Positions 23,863 to 32,000 of a DNA stretch of 32,000 nt are shown piece by piece. The first letter of the stretch is position 1. Each line of letters opens with the position of its first letter. The position numbers were made by a program, and so were the translations under genes. The stretch spans positions 390,001 through 422,000 of the forward strand of contig JBJLBP010000001.1 of assembly GCA_045568075.1 (NCBI GenBank), given 5' to 3'. The notes under the pieces are model-generated. The model was not told the origin of the DNA and did no database searches. It worked only from the letters and a program-made list of their open reading frames with translations. The stretch comes from Candidatus Thalassarchaeaceae archaeon. GTDB taxonomy: Archaea > Thermoplasmatota > Poseidoniia > Poseidoniales > Thalassarchaeaceae.

Positions 23863-24519
23863 ATGGGCAAGAAGGTCACAGCGGCGGCCCAGCAGAAGGC
23901 CGCCGAGTCTCTCGCCGAGGTAATGTCCTCGATCGATGGTGTCAACGCCACTGTCGACACCCGCACCAGCGGCACACAGGACCGCCATACCGTCAGCGCC
24001 ACCAGTACTCCTGAATCATGGCGCGCACTGGCTGAGAATCTCGCTGCTGAGCAAGGCGTCGACTATTGTTCCATGATTACCGGAATTCACTGGCCCGACG
24101 CGGCCGACAAGACCTGGGAGGTTGTCTACCATCTGATGCGCACCTGTGTCAGGGACCCAGCGTCGATTCAAGGCGTCATCCAACCGAACATTACTGATGC
24201 AAACAATGTCGAGGGAGCAGATGTTCCTCTCGAGATTCAGATTAGTATCGCTCTTCCAGATACTCGTGAGCCCGCTGTCGCCTCGGTACAGGACATCTGG
24301 GTTGGAGCGGATTGGAATGAGAAGGAGACTTGGGATCTCGTCGGCATCGATTTCGATGGCCACGAGGGTATGCGCCGAGTACTCAATCCACACGAGACTC
24401 CAGTCGGATACCATCCGTTGCAGAAGCAGCACAAGTTACGCTACCACGGCTTCGAGGAAATGTACGACGATGTTCAGGGATACCTGAGGAAGCCAGCTGA
24501 TGCTGGCAAGCTGAAGTGA
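23863..24519 (+). CDS. nuoC: Complex I subunit C (30-kDa)
   Basis: NuoC motifs are present: WEVVYHL and WVGADWNEKETWDLVGIDFDGHEGMRRVL. GGAGG lies before ATG 23863. Confidence 0.88.
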   Translation: MGKKVTAAAQQKAAESLAEVMSSIDGVNATVDTRTSGTQDRHTVSATSTPESWRALAENLAAEQGVDYCSMITGIHWPDAADKTWEVVYHLMRTCVRDPASIQGVIQPNITDANNVEGADVPLEIQISIALPDTREPAVASVQDIWVGADWNEKETWDLVGIDFDGHEGMRRVLNPHETPVGYHPLQKQHKLRYHGFEEMYDDVQGYLRKPADAGKLK

Positions 24520-24532
24520 GGAGGGGTTTCGA

Positions 24533-25669
24533 ATGGCAGAGATGTGGATTTCGATGGGTCCTCAGCACCCTATGACTCACGGTCTTTGGACCCTCAAAAT
24601 CAAGGTTGACGGCGAGACCGTCGTTGACACTGAGCCGGATTTGGGATATATCCACCGTGGTGTCGAAAAGATTTGCGAGGCTCGCGACTTCACACAAATT
24701 ACTACCTATTGCGATAGGTTGTGCTACGCTAGCGCAAACACTTGGTCACACTCTTACATCTACGCCGCCGAGGACCTCCTAGGCGTCGAGGTGCCCGAGC
24801 GTGCAGAGTACATCCGCCTCGTTGCGGTCGAAATTCAGCGCATCGCCAGCCACCTGATGTGGCTGGGCGCCTATGGACCTGACATCGGTAATCTGTCAAT
24901 CATGGTCTGGTGCCTGCGCGAGCGCGAGATGATGATGGATCTGCTTCAGGAACTTGGCGGCTCGCGAATGCACTACAATTTCCCGCGAGTCGGCGGTGTC
25001 AAGCGTGACCTGCCTCACGGCTTCGCCCAGCGCGCTCGCGCCAAACTCAAACTATTCCTCAACAGAATTCAGGAATATGAGTCTCTATTCGACGAGAGTA
25101 CCGTCTTCCTAGTGCGCAGTCAAGGAGTTGGCTATGCTAAGCCTGAGGAGATGATCAATCACGGCGTCAGCGGACCGAATATCCGTGCCGCCGGAGTCGA
25201 TTACGACGTTCGCTGGGCTCACCCTTACTCCGTCTACAGCGAACTCGACTGGCAGCCATCCGTCGAGCGCTCTTCGATCAAGGGTGCGGATTGCTACGAC
25301 CGTTACCGTATCCGCGTCGAAGAAATGCGCATGAGTGCATCAATGGTCCTCCAGGCTCTCGATAAGATGCCCGGTGGAGCCGAGACTTACCACGAGCCGG
25401 GCGACCCGAAAATCCTCGCCAAGGCTCCATCCCGTGCTCCGGAAGGCGCTACGGGAAGCCATCACTTCGAGGATAGCCGCGGCGAGTCGATGTTCTACCT
25501 CGCCGGTGGCGGCGAGGGCCGCGGTAAGATGCCATACCGTGTCTCAATCCGCTCGCCGATGTTCATCACAATTCCATACGCGGCCAAGTGTATGATTGGC
25601 TACAAGGTCGCGGATATCCCAGCGATCATGGGTTCATTCGACCCATGCATCGGGGAGACAGACAGGTGA
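24533..25669 (+). CDS. nuoD: Complex I subunit D (49-kDa)
   Basis: NuoD motifs are present: MGPQHPMTHGLWTLKIKVDGETVVD, GYIHRGVEKICE and the C-terminal FDPCIGETDR. GAGGAGGGG lies upstream. Confidence 0.93.
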   Translation: MAEMWISMGPQHPMTHGLWTLKIKVDGETVVDTEPDLGYIHRGVEKICEARDFTQITTYCDRLCYASANTWSHSYIYAAEDLLGVEVPERAEYIRLVAVEIQRIASHLMWLGAYGPDIGNLSIMVWCLREREMMMDLLQELGGSRMHYNFPRVGGVKRDLPHGFAQRARAKLKLFLNRIQEYESLFDESTVFLVRSQGVGYAKPEEMINHGVSGPNIRAAGVDYDVRWAHPYSVYSELDWQPSVERSSIKGADCYDRYRIRVEEMRMSASMVLQALDKMPGGAETYHEPGDPKILAKAPSRAPEGATGSHHFEDSRGESMFYLAGGGEGRGKMPYRVSIRSPMFITIPYAAKCMIGYKVADIPAIMGSFDPCIGETDR

Positions 25670-25678
25670 GGTGAGAGC

Positions 25679-27217
25679 ATGGCTAGCAGTGATTGGTTAG
25701 ATATTCGCGGCTGGACCGAGTCGATTGTCGGTTGGTCAATGGACTTGGTCCACGACATCCTCCCTTCGAATGATATCGGCTTGGGCCGACTTGGAACGCT
25801 GAATATCCAGAATGAGTTTGGTAGCGTTCAGGGCGCACTTGAGACATTCATCTTCACGACAATCATGTGTACTGTTGTCTTCGGCACGATGATGATCACG
25901 CTGATGGTCGTACCATACATCGAGCGCAAATTCATCGCGCGCTTGATGGACCGACTCGGAGCCACAACAACACTTCGCAGCCTATGGATTGGAGAAGGCC
26001 ACACAACAGCTGGACAATGGTGGAATCAACTGCCATTCGGTATCGGAGCCATCGTTGGCTGGGTTGTCAAGACACTCAACTCCGTAGCCGGTAATGAGTC
26101 GAAGCACATTGCAGTCGACCGTGTACACAATCGTGGCTATCACGGAATCTGGTTCCTTTTCCCTGGATTCTTCCAAGCCCTTGCGGACTTCCTCAAGTTC
26201 GCTACCAAGGAGCACATAGTCCCAGCTAAGGCAGATCGTGTAGTTTTCGAGACAGCCCCGGTCATCATCATCGCGACCACAGTCATGGTCTACGCTTTCG
26301 TTCCATTCGGCCCCCATATCTGGGCTGCTAACCCCGAACTTTCACTCGTCTTCATGATGGCCGTATTCGGCGTCGCTCCGCTCGGTGTTTTCTTCGCAGG
26401 TTGGGCTTCCAACAACAAGTACACACTCATCGGTGGAATGCGCTCAGCCGCGCAGTTGACCGCTTACGAGATTCCGCTGCTGGTCAGCGTCCTCGCAATA
26501 GCAGTCATCTCAGGCTCGTTCAACATCCTCGAAATAGTCGACTTCCAAATAGAGACAAGCAACACTTGGAACATCTTCATCATGCCACTTGGAGCAGCCC
26601 TTTTCCTCATTACGATGATCGCTGAGGTTGAGCGAATCCCATTCGATATGCCAGAGGCCGAAGCCGAACTCGTCGAGGGCTGGTGGACCGAGTATGGTGG
26701 AATTCGTTGGGGTCTCATGTTCGCTGTCGAGATGATGCGCGCGTATGCGGCTTGCATCCTCTTCGCGCTCTTCTTCCTCGGAGGCTGGCAACTCCCATTC
26801 GAGGATACTCTGATTGGCCTACCATTCGTTGGCGGTGCCTTCGACTTACTGGCAACAGCAACTCCCGGAATTGCAATTCTACTCGCCAAGGCCTACCTAA
26901 TGTTCGCCTTCTTCGTCTGGGTCCGTGCCTCACTCCACAGAGTTCGCACGGACCAAATCCTTGAATTCGGATGGCGCTGGCTCCTTCCAGCATCAATTGT
27001 CAATCTCGCAGTCGCCATCTTCCTGCGACTAGAAGTCTGGAATAGCACATCAGCCGGCGGCTGGCCAATTTGGACTGCTCCCGTCCTTTTCGGAGCCTTC
27101 GTAATCGCATTCATTGTTCTCGCAATTGACGAGGACCAAGAAGCCCTCGAACTCAATCGGAGAATGTACCACACTCAGACTCTGGAAAAGGCTAGCCCTG
27201 GGACGCACAGGGAGTAA
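25679..27217 (+). CDS. nuoH: Complex I subunit H, expanded (512 aa)
   Basis: NuoH blocks are present: PYIERKFIARLMDRLG, FFQALADFLKFATKEHIVP, GGMRSAAQLTAYEIPLL, VERIPFDMPEAEAELVEGWWTEYGG. It also carries an N-terminal extension, an internal ~68-aa insert (around 25961-26164) and an extra C-terminal helix. Confidence 0.9.
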   Translation: MASSDWLDIRGWTESIVGWSMDLVHDILPSNDIGLGRLGTLNIQNEFGSVQGALETFIFTTIMCTVVFGTMMITLMVVPYIERKFIARLMDRLGATTTLRSLWIGEGHTTAGQWWNQLPFGIGAIVGWVVKTLNSVAGNESKHIAVDRVHNRGYHGIWFLFPGFFQALADFLKFATKEHIVPAKADRVVFETAPVIIIATTVMVYAFVPFGPHIWAANPELSLVFMMAVFGVAPLGVFFAGWASNNKYTLIGGMRSAAQLTAYEIPLLVSVLAIAVISGSFNILEIVDFQIETSNTWNIFIMPLGAALFLITMIAEVERIPFDMPEAEAELVEGWWTEYGGIRWGLMFAVEMMRAYAACILFALFFLGGWQLPFEDTLIGLPFVGGAFDLLATATPGIAILLAKAYLMFAFFVWVRASLHRVRTDQILEFGWRWLLPASIVNLAVAIFLRLEVWNSTSAGGWPIWTAPVLFGAFVIAFIVLAIDEDQEALELNRRMYHTQTLEKASPGTHRE

Positions 27218-27232
27218 TCAGGAGGTGAACAA

Positions 27233-28225
27233 ATGAACGATGAACAAGAATACAACACCGGCCACCCTCACGCGATCCCGAACTTCCGTAACCTGATTAT
27301 CAGGCCAATGTGGATTACGATGAAGACGGCGCTTCGAACCGTACCATTCCTCGGTCGCCTCGGTATTCTGAAGAACAATTATCACGGTAAACAGGTCAAT
27401 CTGAAGGATGATTTCACCCTCTCTCGAATCGGTGACGACCACCTCTCCGAGGGACACACGTATTCGGCTGACCGCGAGTCTACTGATCTGCTTCCATTCC
27501 TTGAGCGCCCAGTGACCGTGATGTACCCTTACGAGCGCCTTGAAGACATGGAGCCTTGGCTCTTCGTCCCTGGAAATTATAACGGTCGAATCGGTATCGT
27601 TTGGGAGACCTGTACCGCCTGCAAAGCCTGCATTCGTGCTTGCCCAAACGACTGCCTCCACATGACTTCGGAGGTCCGTGTCAATGTTCTTGACACGGCT
27701 GAAGAAGGAGATGAATGGCACGGATATGGGTCCGAGTTCGAAACCGGCGGATACGCAGCCAAGCCTCGTGAGGATTTCGAAGAGATCGAAGAATTTGACC
27801 TCGTAAACGAGCACTCAGCGGTTCCGCAGCAATACGACTTCGCCGAGGTGATCGACATATCTGGTGACACAGCAACCGTCCGTTGGATGGATGGCTCTGG
27901 CATCGAAGAAATCAGTACAAGCGAGCTCAAGCCAGCCGAGACAGACATAGTCAGCGGCCGTATCGATATGGGCCGCTGCATGTTCTGCGGTCTTTGCGCT
28001 GAGGCATGTCCGTTCGAGTCGTTCTTCATGACCAACGAGTACGATGGAATGTCAGGTTACTCACGCGATGACCTTTGGTTCGACGCAGACCGAACTCGTG
28101 TCCTTCCTGCGGTCCATCAGGAGCGCGTCGACATGGAACTCGCTAAGCGCGCGAAGAAAGAGCAAACCAAGCGCGAAAAGAAGGCTGCTAAGGCGGCTAA
28201 GGCGGCTAAGGAAGCGGAGGCTTGA
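27233..28225 (+). CDS. nuoI: Complex I subunit I (2x[4Fe-4S] ferredoxin-type), expanded (330 aa)
   Basis: Two CxxCxxCxxxCP motifs are present (CTACKACIRACP and CMFCGLCAEACP), plus TVMYPYER. The motifs are 111 residues apart. The C-terminus is a Lys/Ala-rich tail (KRAKKEQTKREKKAAKAAKAAKEAEA). GGAGGTGA lies at 27221-27228. Confidence 0.9.
   Translation: MNDEQEYNTGHPHAIPNFRNLIIRPMWITMKTALRTVPFLGRLGILKNNYHGKQVNLKDDFTLSRIGDDHLSEGHTYSADRESTDLLPFLERPVTVMYPYERLEDMEPWLFVPGNYNGRIGIVWETCTACKACIRACPNDCLHMTSEVRVNVLDTAEEGDEWHGYGSEFETGGYAAKPREDFEEIEEFDLVNEHSAVPQQYDFAEVIDISGDTATVRWMDGSGIEEISTSELKPAETDIVSGRIDMGRCMFCGLCAEACPFESFFMTNEYDGMSGYSRDDLWFDADRTRVLPAVHQERVDMELAKRAKKEQTKREKKAAKAAKAAKEAEA
28187..28213 (+). 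repeat. 9-nt tandem repeat (GCTAAGGCG x2 plus GCTAAGGAA) in the nuoI tail
   Basis: Read directly from the sequence; it encodes AKAAKAAKE. Confidence 0.8.
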
Positions 28226-28229
28226 ACCG

Positions 28230-28499
28230 ATGAACATCGATTTCGAGGCCATTGCATTCGTTATCATGGCGCTCATAGCCATCCTCGGTGCACTCGGCTG
28301 TGTTTACGCGCGCCGTGTCGCCCACTCACTTCTTTCGTTGATGATGACCTTCTTCGCCGTAGCCGGCGTGATGGTTCTAGCCCACGCTGAGATGTTGGCG
28401 GCTATCCAGATTCTCGTCTATCTCGGCTCGGTCATGCTAGTCGTTCAATTCGGTGTCATGCTGACCCGCCGCCAAATCCAGGAGGGAGATGTCCTATGA
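28230..28499 (+). CDS. nuoJ1: Complex I subunit J, N-terminal half (split gene, TM1-3)
   Basis: NuoJ N-terminal pattern MNIDFEAIAFVIMALIAILGALGCVYARRVAHSLLSLMMTF...AAIQILVYLGSVMLVVQFGVML. GGAGG lies upstream. The longer ORF from 28044 overlaps nuoI out of frame. Confidence 0.8.
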   Translation: MNIDFEAIAFVIMALIAILGALGCVYARRVAHSLLSLMMTFFAVAGVMVLAHAEMLAAIQILVYLGSVMLVVQFGVMLTRRQIQEGDVL

Positions 28500-28792
28500 A
28501 GGCAGTCAGTATGTTCGCCCGCCTTGGTGTCTTCACCTTTGTTCTAGTTCTACTGCGCGAAGTAATGGAGCATCCAATGTGGGAAAATGAACCTGTAGGA
28601 GCCCCAACAACTCTTGAATTCGCAGTATCAATTCTCGATGATTGGGCACTCGTCACCGTAGTACTCGGGATTCTTCTTTCTATGGCGATGATTGGTGCCT
28701 CCTATCTTGTTCGTGACGAGCGCCTTGTCAACCTCCTCTACGATATGGGTTCAGAAGACTCAGTTCGATTATCTGGTGATAGCGATGATTGA
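28496..28792 (+). CDS. nuoJ2: Complex I subunit J, C-terminal half (split gene, TM4-5)
   Basis: ATGA overlap with nuoJ1, preceded by GGAGGGAG. The C-terminal block ALVTVVLGILLSMAMIGASYLVRDE resembles the canonical last helix of NuoJ. Confidence 0.7.
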   Translation: MKAVSMFARLGVFTFVLVLLREVMEHPMWENEPVGAPTTLEFAVSILDDWALVTVVLGILLSMAMIGASYLVRDERLVNLLYDMGSEDSVRLSGDSDD

Positions 28793-29087
28793 GGCCAGCT
28801 GGATTGCCGGCCTCGGTGTCATTCTCTTCGGAATAGGATTGATTGGGGCTTTCAGCCGCAAGAATGCGATTGTCGTGTTGATGTGCATCGAGGTTATGCT
28901 GAATGCAGCTAACCTCAACTTCGTCGCCGGAGCTCTCCACCACGGCTCCGTCGACGGTTGGGTATTCACCGCGGTGGCGATTGCGATTGCAGCCGCCGAA
29001 GTCGCCATCGGACTGGCCATCCTGCTCTCGCTATACAGCACGCAGGAGACAATATCGCTCGACGAGGCAACCCTGCTAAGAAATTGA
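28785..29087 (+). CDS. nuoK: Complex I subunit K
   Basis: 100 aa with three TM helices. NuoK pattern LFGIGLIGAFSRKNAIVVLMCIEVMLNAANLNFVA ... AIAAAEVAIGLAILLSLY. GGTGAT lies 5 nt upstream. Confidence 0.88.
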   Translation: MIEASWIAGLGVILFGIGLIGAFSRKNAIVVLMCIEVMLNAANLNFVAGALHHGSVDGWVFTAVAIAIAAAEVAIGLAILLSLYSTQETISLDEATLLRN

Positions 29088-29094
29088 GGTGATT

Positions 29095-31398
29095 ATGATG
29101 GGAGAACAAAAGCAGGAGTGGGACAAACTCCTCTATATCGTGCCATTCGTGGCAATCGTTCCTTACCTCTACGCCACTGGAGCCTCGTCCACTGATTATT
29201 GGTGGTTAATCATCGCCGCTCCTCTCGTTTTCTTTGCAACAATTGCCATTGCTGGCCAGATTTGGAACGGCAATGAGACTTGGGTTAACCAGTTGAAGGA
29301 AGGAGGCATTCTCGGCCTAGGTGCGCTGAGCGTATCTCTCTCGGCCGCCGTGTGGCTGATCTACGATTACCTCGACCACCACGGGCACGTCGAGTCAGGA
29401 GATCCATTCAGCTGGCTGACCTTCGATGTCCTGACATACAACGGCGATGGCTGGTCCATCGCCACCACAGGGTTCAGTGGAATCGGCTTTGGAATATATC
29501 TCGATGCAGTCAGCATCATGCTTCTCTTCGTTGCTACATTCCTCTGCTTCCTCATTTGCTGGTTCGCGATTGGCTACATGACAACGGACTCGATCAATGA
29601 CAACTCGAACCACCGATTTTTCGCCGAATTTGTTCTCTTTTCGATGGGAATGTTTGGAATGGTTCTCGCTGACAACTTCCTCTGGCTCTTCATCTTCTGG
29701 GAAATAATGGGACTTTGCTCATACCTCCTCATCGGCTTCTACTACTGGAAGGAAAGTGCCGCCTACGCCGCGAAGAAGGCTTTCCTGACTACGCGTGTAG
29801 GCGATGTTTTCCTGATGATTGGACTGCTGATGCTGTACGATATCTACGGTTCTCTCGACTTCGCTGTCGTCTTCGACGACCCATCGACTGGAGTTGGTGG
29901 CGCGATGGTCGACTCTGCAATGCTACAGACTGCGCTTCTGATGCTCTTCATTGGCGCGGTCGGAAAGTCGGCCCAATTCCCACTGCACGTGTGGTTGCCC
30001 GATGCTATGGAGGGCCCGACCCCTGTATCAGCTCTCATTCACGCCGCGACCATGGTCAACGCTGGTCTCTATCTAGTCGCACGTATGGTACCATTCGTCG
30101 ACGTCAGTCATCACGGTGTTGCCGGGATGGAGGACCTCGGGCTCATCGTCGCTTGGATTGGTGGAATTACCGCCTTCATGGCTGCGGCAATTGCCTTCGT
30201 TCAGAACGATATCAAGAAGGTTCTCGCTTATTCGACGATGAGCCAATTAGCTTACATTTTCACTGGACTAGGAGCTGCTCTATGGTTCTTCAATACCGGT
30301 AATCACCATGCTGGCGCACTCGTCTTTGGTGGTGCATTATTCCATCTGTTCAATCACGCTATGGCAAAGGGCATGCTCTTCATGGCGAGTGGCTCGGTGA
30401 TTCACGAAGTCCACCACGCCCACGATCACATCTCTGAAGAGGGTGATCACTCAGACCACGACTTCGACCCGCAGGATATGCGCAATATGGGTGGCTTGGC
30501 CAGCAAGTTGCCGATTACCGCAACGGCGATGATGTTCGGTTCGATGTCAATCATCGGCATTCCGCTCATCGGCGGATTCTGGTCGAAGGAAATCATCGTC
30601 GGCAAGACTTGGTATGCTTACTTCCATGGTGCTGACGCTCTACTCGGTCCAGCTCTACTGATTCTTGCAACCGCTGGAATGACCGGCTTCTACATGTCGC
30701 GTATGTGGTTCATGACCTTCGCTGGCGAACCGAAGAACGAGCTCGTTGACCACGTCCACGAGGCTACTCCTTGGATCAAGACACCTCTCGTTCTCCTCTC
30801 GATCATAACGGCTCTGGGTGGCTTCGGACTCGCCCTCTACGGAATGGTTGACTGGCTCGCGGGTGAGTCCGACCACCTGTCGATTCACAAGTCCACGTTC
30901 CTCGACCAGGTAATCTACGAGTTAGAGCATGCATTCCTCCCCGAGGATATGCAACTTCGTTTCGTTGGTTGGGCAACCATCGCACTCTCATTCATTCTCG
31001 GGCCTATAATGGCCGCTCGAATTTATGGCGGCGCACTTCGCGAGGGTGAGAGCGCCATCCCACTCGTACATTGGTTGACCAGTCTTTCAGGTAAGTTCGG
31101 TAGTCAGAATGTCGATGAACTCGCTAATTCACAATTGGCTGAGGCTTTGCAAAACCGCCTCTACTTCGACGACCTATACGAGGGGGTACTCGCACGAACA
31201 ATCGTTCCTTTCGCCGACTTCGCCGCTTGGTTTGACAAGAATATCGTCGACGGCGTGATCAAGCAAATCGAATCCAACTCGGTGCTTGGTTCAGTCCAAA
31301 TCCGCCGAATTACGACCGGTAGCGCACGCGACTACATCCTCATGGCGACCGTCGGTGCGCTGACCATATTCGCTCTAATCTGGGGGGTGAGCGCTTGA
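29095..31398 (+). CDS. nuoL: Complex I subunit L (antiporter-like), long form
   Basis: NuoL motifs are present: FWEIMGLCSYLLIGFYYWK, GKSAQFPLHVWLPDAMEGPTPVSALIHAATMVNAGLYL, MAKGMLFMASGSVIH. The start is ambiguous among GTG 29089, ATG 29095 and ATG 29098, all just after GAGGTGAT. Confidence 0.9.
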   Translation: MMGEQKQEWDKLLYIVPFVAIVPYLYATGASSTDYWWLIIAAPLVFFATIAIAGQIWNGNETWVNQLKEGGILGLGALSVSLSAAVWLIYDYLDHHGHVESGDPFSWLTFDVLTYNGDGWSIATTGFSGIGFGIYLDAVSIMLLFVATFLCFLICWFAIGYMTTDSINDNSNHRFFAEFVLFSMGMFGMVLADNFLWLFIFWEIMGLCSYLLIGFYYWKESAAYAAKKAFLTTRVGDVFLMIGLLMLYDIYGSLDFAVVFDDPSTGVGGAMVDSAMLQTALLMLFIGAVGKSAQFPLHVWLPDAMEGPTPVSALIHAATMVNAGLYLVARMVPFVDVSHHGVAGMEDLGLIVAWIGGITAFMAAAIAFVQNDIKKVLAYSTMSQLAYIFTGLGAALWFFNTGNHHAGALVFGGALFHLFNHAMAKGMLFMASGSVIHEVHHAHDHISEEGDHSDHDFDPQDMRNMGGLASKLPITATAMMFGSMSIIGIPLIGGFWSKEIIVGKTWYAYFHGADALLGPALLILATAGMTGFYMSRMWFMTFAGEPKNELVDHVHEATPWIKTPLVLLSIITALGGFGLALYGMVDWLAGESDHLSIHKSTFLDQVIYELEHAFLPEDMQLRFVGWATIALSFILGPIMAARIYGGALREGESAIPLVHWLTSLSGKFGSQNVDELANSQLAEALQNRLYFDDLYEGVLARTIVPFADFAAWFDKNIVDGVIKQIESNSVLGSVQIRRITTGSARDYILMATVGALTIFALIWGVSA

Positions 31399-32000
31399 TT
31401 ACATCCGACCCGCTCACATTCATCACACTGGCACCGATAGCCTTCGGTCTCACACTTCTCATCCTGCCTCATATTGCTCCCGCGAGCATGGCGGATTACA
31501 TTCGAAAGATTGCTCGCCCACTATCCATGGGCCTCGCTTTGGCAATCTTCGCCATCACTTCGGCCCTCTTCCTCGGCCAGATTGGAAACATCGACTGGCT
31601 CGACATCATGCAGGGAGATTACGTCCTGCAGAACGAGGCAGTCGTCCTTCTCGATGAGATAGGAGTCCGTTGGGTCGTCGGTGTCGACGCTCTCTCATTC
31701 CCTATGGTTTGGCTGACAGCGATGCTCATCCCAGTCTCGATGTTGGTTGAGTGGGACGCTGAGAAGGGACACATATTCCATCCACTGATTCTGATTATGG
31801 AGGGCGCACTGTTGGGTGTGTTCGTCGTTCTCGATCTTTTCGTCTTCTACGTCTTCTGGGAACTTACACTCATCCCGATGTTCTTCCTCATCCTAGTCTG
31901 GGGTGGAGCTGACCGCCGCTACGCCTCGATGAAGTTCTTCATCTACACATTTACGGCGAGCGTCTTGATGCTCATCGGAATTCTCGTGATGTACTTCAAC
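31395..32000 (+). CDS. nuoM: Complex I subunit M (antiporter-like), 3-prime truncated by the window edge
   Basis: TTG start overlaps the nuoL stop (TTGA). My hand translation gives ...VGVDALSFPMVWLTAML...FVFYVFWELTLIPMFFLILVWGGADRRYASMKFFIYTFTASVLMLIG, which is a NuoM/ND4 pattern. The frame stays open to base 32000. Confidence 0.85.
   Translation, partial: MITSDPLTFITLAPIAFGLTLLILPHIAPASMADYIRKIARPLSMGLALAIFAITSALFLGQIGNIDWLDIMQGDYVLQNEAVVLLDEIGVRWVVGVDALSFPMVWLTAMLIPVSMLVEWDAEKGHIFHPLILIMEGALLGVFVVLDLFVFYVFWELTLIPMFFLILVWGGADRRYASMKFFIYTFTASVLMLIGILVMYFN

Noticed and set aside
27218-27814. 198-aa minus-strand ORF antisense to nuoI (similarly 6720-7190 antisense to rpl15e, 1098-1580 antisense to hisS, 26464-26889 antisense to nuoH)
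   Set aside because: The sense strands encode unmistakable conserved proteins, and the antisense products have no recognisable features.
28230-28792. Split nuoJ as a frameshifted pseudogene
   Set aside because: Both halves are intact and overlap by a clean ATGA with an SD in front of the second half. Together they cover all five expected helices, and I recall split J1/J2 genes being a normal arrangement in some archaea.
1-32000. CRISPR arrays, rRNA genes, transposases/IS elements, toxin-antitoxin pairs or known defence genes
   Set aside because: No regularly spaced direct repeats were found, no rRNA-like sequence, and no ORF with nuclease, integrase, transposase or NTPase motifs characteristic of such systems.

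Overview
The window is an archaeal chromosomal segment. Evidence: a tRNA with a bulge-helix-bulge intron, ribosomal protein L15e, an archaeal-type FtsZ, a PGF-CTERM sorting signal, a complex-I operon without nuoEFG, and Shine-Dalgarno motifs of the GGAGGTGA type. A marine Thermoplasmatota/Poseidoniales-like origin is my inference only. Layout: (1) 1-4490 holds a membrane protein, a GtrA-like protein and hisS on the plus strand, then a PGF-CTERM secreted protein and ftsZ on the minus strand. (2) 4648-6657 holds an intron-containing tRNA-Tyr(GUA), then a visibly AT-richer 1.9-kb islet with one TPR-like gene. The islet ends in an 18-bp copy of the tRNA 3-prime end, which looks like an integration scar, but no integrase is present. 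(3) 6726-7616 holds rpl15e and a PRC-barrel gene. (4) 7687-22644 is a ~15-kb co-directional five-gene module of very large envelope proteins and is the main candidate for something undescribed. It encodes a PKD-domain protein with a cytoplasmic zinc-ribbon tail, a 1455-aa orphan secreted protein, a small single-pass partner, a 1506-aa membrane-tethered S8 subtilase with a cytoplasmic Cys/His module, and an 894-aa multi-repeat protein. Its gene boundaries carry a recurring GC-rich hairpin with a CC-TAC-GG apex. (5) 22797-32000 is nuoABCDHI(J1)(J2)KLM, in which the H, I and L subunits are unusually expanded. I saw no CRISPR array, rRNA, transposase or recognisable defence gene. All domain calls come from motif recognition by eye; no database search was possible.
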